NCBI RefSeq assembly: GCF_009914755.1
Contig: NC_060935.1
Reading direction: 5' to 3' (one strand)
Origin: the human T2T-CHM13v2.0 reference genome, Homo sapiens
DNA: 64,000 nt
Both the position numbers and the translations under genes were made by a program. The first letter of the stretch is position 1. Every line of letters starts with the position of its first letter. This document shows positions 54,932 through 64,000 of this stretch, piece after piece. Under the pieces are notes generated by a model. It had not been told where the DNA came from. It saw only the letters and a program-made list of their open reading frames with translations, and made no database searches.

Positions 54932-55503
54932 CCTCCCTACTTTTTTGAAGAAAAGGCTCTCAAGGGCTAAAATAAGAGTTGCTAATCATGACAATCATCT
55001 CTACTTTGATCAAAAACTTAGAGTCAAAGTTCTTAGTATTCTTCAGCAAGCCCAATGTTCATCCACAAATTATTTCTGATACCTACAATGTGTAGATGCT
55101 AAAAATATGTTGAGAGAAACACAGAGTGGGATCAGACAAGGATCAGAACATCAAGGAGCACTGTCTGGTGGTTTGAAAAAACACATCTTCAAACAACTAT
55201 AAAACAAATTAAAAAGTATATAAAGGAGGTATAGGAAAATGTGTTGAACAGTTATCAGTGTGGTATATGCAATGCACATGTGAATAGGAATGGCTGAATG
55301 GTAAACTGGAGACAGATCATGAAAGCTAAAATGCCAGGTTAAGGAGCGTATTGTTAAATTGGAGGGCTGTAAGTAGCTATTGAAGGGTTTTTAAACTTTT
55401 ATTATTATTGGCCTGGCACGGTGGCTCACACCTGTAATCCCAGCACTTTTGGAGGCTGAGACGGGCAGATCATGAGGTCAGGAGATCGAGACCATCCTGG
55501 CTA

Positions 55504-55838
<335 letters not shown>

Positions 55839-55994
55839 TGAGCAGCTGGGATTACAGGCGCCCACCACCAAGCCCGGCTAACTTTTTTTTAGTAGAGACG
55901 GGGTTTCACCATGTTAGCCACACTGGTCTCAAACTCCTGACCTCAGGTGATGTACCAGCCTCAGTCTCCCAAAGTGCTGGGATTACAGGCGTGA

Positions 55995-56141
<147 letters not shown>

Positions 56142-59043
56142 TGAGTAGCTGGGATTACAGGCACATGCCACAATGCCCAGCTAATTTTTTTGTATTTTTA
56201 GTAAAGATGGGGTTTCACCATGTTGGACAGGCTGGTCTTGAACTCCTGACCTCAAGTGATCCGCCCACCTCAGCCTCCCAAAGTGCTGGGATTACAGGCG
56301 CGAGCCATTGCTCCTGGCATATTATTATTATTATTTTGAGATAAAGTCTCCCCCTGTCACCAAGGTTGGAGTGCAGTGGCACAATCACAACTCAACTGCA
56401 GCCTCAACCTCCCAGACTCAAGTGATCCTCTCACCCTCAGGCTCCCAAATAGCTGGGAAAATACGTATGCACCACCACACCCAGCTAATTTTTATTTTTA
56501 TATTTTGGTAGAGACAGGATTTTGCCATGTTGCTCTGGATGGTCTCAAACTCCTGGGCTGAAGCAGTCCTTCTGCCTTGGTCTCCCAAAGTGCTGGGATG
56601 ATAGGCATGAGCCATTGTGTCTGGCCTACATTTATTATTTCTTAATTTTTTTGAAGACAAAGTCTCGCTTTGTCGCCAGGCTAGAGTACAGTAGTGTGAT
56701 CATAGCTCACTGTAACCACAAAACCCTGGGCCCAAGGGGTCCTCCTGCTTGGCCTCCCAAAGTGTTGGGAGTACCCCAGCGTAAGTACCTCTGCACCCGG
56801 CTGTATTGAAGGTTTTTTGTTTGTTTGTTTTGCTTTTTAGATCATGATCTCCATGAAATATGCTTCAAGAAAGCTGTTTTTGGAAATAAACTGGCATAGG
56901 AATGAGACTAAAGACTGGCAGACCAATTAGTTACGCCAGCACAATAGTTCAGATGGGAGATAATAAAAATGGACCTTGGCTAGTACATGTGGAGGTAAAG
57001 AGGAGGGGCATTCAAATGAAGAGACAGAGCAGATAGTTGGAGATGAAGGTCAGAAGTGCCTATCTCATTAGGTCAAGGAGTTATTACTATCCTCTAAATA
57101 ATGTGTTTCAAAAACTATCTCCACATTTTTATTTTGTAAAATTTGCACTTGTGTCTCCTAACCCCAGGCTGCCAGGCAGGATAATTACACTAGAGGCTAT
57201 GAGTGGTTTGCTAGAGTGGAATTAGGGTTTTTCTGTTTCTGTTTTCCAGTACCTGTGTGATATTTGGGCCTTGGACAGCAGCAACACAAAGACCTTTTCC
57301 ATAAGAAAAGGGTTTGGTTTTGTTTTGTTTTGTAGAGATGTGGGTCTCATTATAGCCCAGGCTGGTCTCAAACTTCTGGGCTCAAGCAATCCTGCCTCAG
57401 CCTCCCTAAGCGCTGGGATTATCGGTGTGAGCCACCACACTTGGTCGAAAAGTTTTCTTACGTTGAGTAACATGTTTGCAATAACAAGTGGTTCAGTGCA
57501 GACCAACCTGAAAGGGATGGGAAGAGGTGGATAAGGATAGCCTCTCAGGTGTCACAGTATCCCTGCTGAGATTACAGGTGTGAGCCACAGCACCCTGCCC
57601 CTTCCTGTGGGCTTCTGTGATCTTACTGAACAGTTGAGCTTCCCTCTTGCAGCCTCTTTCATCATCTTTTCGCCCTCTCTCTAGGGTTAGGTAATTCCCA
57701 CTCACTCAGCCCAACCCTGCACAAGGAGAAAATTCCTGGTAAAGTTCGGGCTGGGGAGTCAGCACCATCTCTTTCTGGCTTTTCCTAGGTAGCCAGTCCT
57801 CTTCCACCTCTGGCCTTTTATATTTTTTCTTTTAAGTATGATTTTCTTTGTACCAAAATCATACCAAAAAATAGAAGCAGAAAAGTTCCACTGAAGCTAA
57901 AATAGTTTTCAGTTTGAGGTAGCTTAAGGTATATATCTCCACTTAAGCCATAGATTAGAACTTTTGGCACTATGGGAAACTTTTTATAATAGGTGATCAT
58001 GGAATTATTACTTTAAAGGAAGTTTAACCAGAGATCAAACATAGTCTTTCTAAAGGGCCTCCCTTTATTCTCTTGCTCCCTAAGGCATTCTCTGATGTGG
58101 CTGTGCTGAGAACCAGGACAGGTTTTTTTTTTTTTTTTTTTTTTTAAGCTTTAAAGGAAGGTTAGCTTGTAAAAATAAAACCAGAAAGGCAAAGTACTCA
58201 ATGCTTTTTTTGTGATGCAAGATCTTATAAAAATCTAAAATCCATATTTACTTCTAGGAACTTTAAAAATATTCGCACATTCATTATTTCATTCAACATT
58301 TGTTGGAGCTTCATTATGTTCTATGACCTGTGCCAAATGCTGAGGATAGAAAGAAAAATGAACAATATTCCTTTAAAAGTGCTCTAGTGAATCCAGTGGA
58401 GATCTAGTGGAGAAGATACATAAGTGAACAAATAGTTACAATACATTGTATTGAGAGCATAAGAAATGAGCTGTGGAAGTGCAGAGAAAGGACCACATTA
58501 TTTTCGTGGAGTGGTTGGAAATGGCTACACAGGAAAGGTAACATTTGACTTGTGTCTGGAAAGAAGAGTAGGAGTTTTCCAGGTGAATGAATAAAGAAAG
58601 GTCAACAGAAATATTGTAGGAGCAAAGGCAGGGAGGTGTGATAGAGAATATCATGATTGGAGAATTACAGGATTTAATATTGGCTATGGAGTAATATTTG
58701 TGTTGAAAAGGGTGGAAAGGCCAGCCAGGCTCAGTGGCTCACACCTGTAATCCCAACAGTTTGGGAGGCTGAGGTGGGAGGATTGTTTGAGGCCAGGAGT
58801 TCAAGACCAGCCTGAGTAACAAAGTGAGACCCCATCTGTACAAAAATAAAAATAAAAATAATTAGCTGGGCACAATGGTATGTGCCTATAGTCCCAGCTA
58901 CTTGGGAAGCTGAGGTGAGAGGATCACTTGAGCCCAGGAGCTTGAGGTTGCAGTGAGCAAGATCACATCACTGCACTTCAGCTTGGGTGACAGAGCAAGA
59001 CTCTGTCTCAAAAAAAAAAAAAAAAGGCTGGAAATAAGGCTAG

Positions 59044-59266
<223 letters not shown>

Positions 59267-59300
59267 TAGCCAGCATGGTCTCGATCTCCTGACCTCGTGA

Positions 59301-59621
<321 letters not shown>

Positions 59622-61119
59622 TGAGTAGCTGGGATTACAGGCATGCACCACTACGCCCAGCTAATTTTTGTATTTTTAGTAGAGACGGAGTTTCACAGTT
59701 TTGGTCAGGCTGGTCTCAAACTCCCGACCTTGTGATCCGCCTGCCTTGGCCTCCCAAAGTGCTGGGATTACAGGCATGAGCCACCGCACCCGGCCATGTA
59801 TCTTATTAGATTGTATTTACCTGGACTAGACAAGGAAAGAAACTCTCTGGCTGCCAACCTGCCCTTTTGCAAACCTATAGTCACAGTCCCATAAAATAGA
59901 TGAAGCACAGGCACGGAAATGAAACAGCTCACCACTTATATAACATTATGTTAACTAGGTACCTTCTTCCTGTCTCTGTTCCTCATCTGTGAAATGGGTA
60001 TAATGATCCTCAGCCTCATAGGGTTATTGGAAAGACTAAATGAACCCATACACCCATAAAGAACCGACCTGGCACATACTAGCATTTGATTGATTTTTTT
60101 TTTCTTATTTAAAATTTCACTTCTAAAACCCCAATAGCATTTATTAGGCAATAATCAATCACTGTACTGGAGGAGGTATGCCTGGTCCATTATATTTCCA
60201 AGCATAATTAATTGTCGTATCTGTGTTACCTCAGTACTTTGCACACAATTCTGGTATTTCACTTACCATACTAGATACTAATTATTTGTTACTAGATACT
60301 AATTATTTTTTGCTATTATTTTGATTGAGTTCCTCAAGGACTGAGATCCTGACTAATTTATTCCAGCATCTAGCACAGGACGTGGAAATCTGACTTCTAA
60401 ACTCAATTTAAGAGATGATTGGCTGGGCCTGGTGGCTCACGCTTGTAATCCCAGCACTTTAGGAGGCCGAGGCGGGCGGATCACCTGAGGTCGGGAGTTC
60501 AAGACCAGCCTGACAAACATGGAGAAACCTCATCTCTAGTAAAAATATAAAAATTAGGCGGGCGTGGTGGCGGGCACCTGTAATCCCAGCTACTTGGAGA
60601 CAGAATTGCTTGAACCCGAGAGGCGGAGGTGGCAGTGAGCTGAGATCGTGCCACTACACTCCAGCCTGCGCAACAGAGCGAGACTCCGTCTCAAACAAAC
60701 AAAAAAGTCAGATCTGTGCTAGACGCTGAAAGGAATTAATCAGACAGGATCTCAGTCTTTTAAGAACTTTCAAATACAGAGAAGAGGTGGTAACAAATCA
60801 TTAGTGTATAATATTGTAAGCGAAAAATTAGAATTGTGTGCTAAGTACTGGGGTAACACAGAGATGGTAATTAATTCTTTCTGGAGAAACAGCAGTGAAT
60901 GTGACAACCTGAGTGAGGGTGGAAAGCAGGAGAATTTCTAGACTCTGAATTTCAGAAGCTTCCGGAACTAAAATGATGTGGAAGTTGAGTGAGTCTCGGT
61001 GGGATATTGCTGCTGCACCTGGTCAAGGCCGTTCCTTCAGTGTTTTCAGACGCCCTGGGAACGCGGCTGCAGGGTCCGGTCTTCGGTTTGCACAGCTAGA
61101 GGCCGCGCAGCAGCAAAGG

Positions 61120-61140
61120 ATGAGCGGAACCTTGGAAAAG
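61120..61140 (+). CDS. MRPL48: MRPL48 coding exon 1 (MSGTLEK), mitochondrial ribosomal protein mL48
   Basis: ATG AGC GGA ACC TTG GAA AAG followed by donor AAG|GTAACG. Matches the recalled MRPL48 N-terminus (MSGTLEKVL...) and the known neighbour of RAB6A. Confidence 0.88.
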
Positions 61141-61169
61141 GTAACGTAGATTCCACGCACGCGGGGCGC

Positions 61170-61232
61170 GGGGAGATGGCGGACGGTGCAGAGAGGGGAG
61201 ATGGCGGAGGGTGCAGAGCGGGGAGGTGGCGG
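61170..61232 (+). repeat. 25-bp tandem repeat, 2.5 copies (GGGGAGATGGCGGA[C/G]GGTGCAGAG[A/C])
   Basis: Units at 61170-61194 and 61195-61219, partial unit 61220-61232. Confidence 0.85.
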
Positions 61233-61579
61233 CGCGCGGACATCCGGGGATGAGACACTGGGGCGCCCAAGGTCCTTCCCAGCAGCACATGCGGCTGCCT
61301 GGCGTTGAAGGGGCTGAGCAGATTCCTTTCCACCCGGGGCGAACTCTGCCGAGCCGACCCGTGCCACGCCCACACCACATGCCACTCTCTCCACCCAGTT
61401 TCTGGAAAAGGGAGAGCTCTGCGATGGGAATCACGACACCAGGATACGGTCCCGATTAACTGTGTGACCTTGGGCAGGTCATTTTATATTTGCATTCAGT
61501 TATCAACTTCCAGAATTTTTTCTAAGAATGCAGTTTTGACTTGCTGAACTGATGAGGATGTGAAGCTACCTGGTAATAA

Positions 61580-61900
<321 letters not shown>

Positions 61901-63148
61901 TGAGCCACCGCGCCCTGCAATAATTAACAACATTTTCGTTTCCAAAACCTTATTTAAGTGACTGTCATAAAACCGTATGAACCACTATAAATGTGTTCCT
62001 GGGCTTTCTCCCGTTCCCTTAACAGATTTAACAGATTTCATTTGTGCTCTTTCAATTGTATCATGCTGCTTAGATTAATGACTCATTTTAGCAATTTATA
62101 TTAAAATTTTGTTTTAGGCATTAATTGTGGCAACTATATTTCCATGATTCATAGGTCAGCATGGTCGTTGCAGCTCATGGGTCTACCTGTGGTTACCTTG
62201 GGGCTGCCCTTGAATGTGTGAGGGCCCACGCCTCACTTCATCCTTTATGAAACAATTCACTTGTTCACCTTAGCCAGTTTGTAAGAATTTGGCCAAATAT
62301 GGTGCCAAGATAATAGAAAAAAAAATCAGAAAGTTTCAAAATTCCATTGTTAAAGATGGTCACACTGGTGACTACACTCCTTGATTTGCCTTGGTTCCAA
62401 GAAGGGCTAAAAGGGAGGGATTATTTTTCAAGGAATACTATTTCCAACCATTCGGTTCTCCATGTTTCACCATATTGCTCAGGCTGGTCTGGAACTCCTG
62501 GAAAAGAGCCCATGGAAATCTGTCATTAAGGCCAGCATCTGACATGGGTATATAAGGCCTCTCGACGTCTGATGCCACTGTTCTCTTCCCGACTCCTTAG
62601 TTGCTTTAGTCAGCTAACCTCGTCATTATTTGCCAAATGTAAGTCTGTCTCAAAGTGTTAGTTAATACTTTACATTTATAAGGAAGGTCATGGGATTTGT
62701 CAGACAGTTCTGTCTCTTGTTATGACCTTGGGCAAGTTATTTAACTTTACTGCTTCTGTTTCCTATCTGTAAAATGCAGATGATGCCCACCACATGGAAT
62801 TGTAGAGACTATAGGGAATAATGTAAACAGGAATATTTTGTAAGGAATGAAGGATGATGCAAATAATAATATTGATATTGTTCTATAGTTAATAAATTTT
62901 CATTTACACAATTTCATTTGATCTTCACAATATCACGAGATAATCCTGGCAGATGCAACAGATGAGGAAATGGAAGCCTCATGTCTGGTATATAATAGAG
63001 ACTTTAATGTCATACTGATGGCTTGAATGAATGACTGGAACCTAGGCTTTGTTTTTGTTTAGAGACAGGGTCTCACTTTGTCACCCAGGCTAGAGTGCAA
63101 TGGTGCAGTCATAGTTTACTAAATCCTTGAACTCCTGGGTTCAAGTGA

Positions 63149-63397
<249 letters not shown>

Positions 63398-63506
63398 TAA
63401 TAGAGACGGGGTTTCACCATGTTAGCCAGGATGGTCTCTATCTCCTGACCTCGTGATCCGGATCCGCCCACCTCAGCCTCCCAAAGTGTTGGGATTACAG
63501 GTGTGA

Positions 63507-63737
<231 letters not shown>

Positions 63738-64000
63738 TAGCTAGGATGGTCTCGATCTCCTGACCTCGTGATCTGCCCACCTTGGCCTCCCAAAGTGCTG
63801 GGATTACAGGCTTGAGCAACCGTGCCTGGCCGCTCAGCTAATTTTTTTATTTTTAGTAGAGATGGGGTCTTGCTTTGTAGCCCAGGCTAGTCTCGAACTC
63901 CTGGCTTCAAGCAGTCCTCCCACCTTGGCCTCCCAAAGTTCTGGGATTGCAGATATGAGCCACCACTCCTGGATGAAACCTAGATTATTAGTTGTACCCC

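Larger units (their letters stand above)
60920..61460. promoter_or_regulatory. MRPL48: MRPL48 promoter / small CpG island
   Basis: CpG-rich non-repeat sequence. TTCCGGAA 60960-60967 (ETS dyad inside an HSE), GGAAGT ~60980, AGATGGCGG motifs after the donor. Confidence 0.85.

Noticed and set aside
54843-55079. 78-aa plus-strand ORF over the chimeric retrocopy
   Set aside because: Antisense read of the RPS2/RPL17 insert running into flanking DNA; no coding evidence.

Overview
Primate, almost certainly human, genomic DNA. From recalled protein sequences this is the RAB6A / MRPL48 head-to-head region (human 11q13.4). On the minus strand are the RAB6A CpG-island promoter, exon 1 (CDS 33780-33711), a 29.7-kb intron 1 and exon 2 (4002-3944). 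On the plus strand are the MRPL48 promoter and exon 1 (CDS 61120-61140). The rest is extremely Alu-dense, with a full-length SVA, old L1/L2/MIR fragments, LTRs and DNA transposons; nearly all ORFs in the supplied track are Alu- or SVA-derived artefacts. The most unusual object is a ~120-bp chimeric retrocopy at 54811-54931 (minus strand). It joins the 5' end of RPS2 mRNA in frame to the 3' end of RPL17 mRNA, with a poly(A) tail and a 15-bp target-site duplication, and reads MADDAGAAWGPKLMARE*. Also notable are an orphan promoter-like element at ~52.4-53.0 kb, a tailless 3'-truncated AluY with a TSD, a perfect heat-shock element at the MRPL48 promoter, and a uAUG/Z-DNA cluster at the RAB6A start. 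Gene and repeat-family names come from memory, not from database searches.
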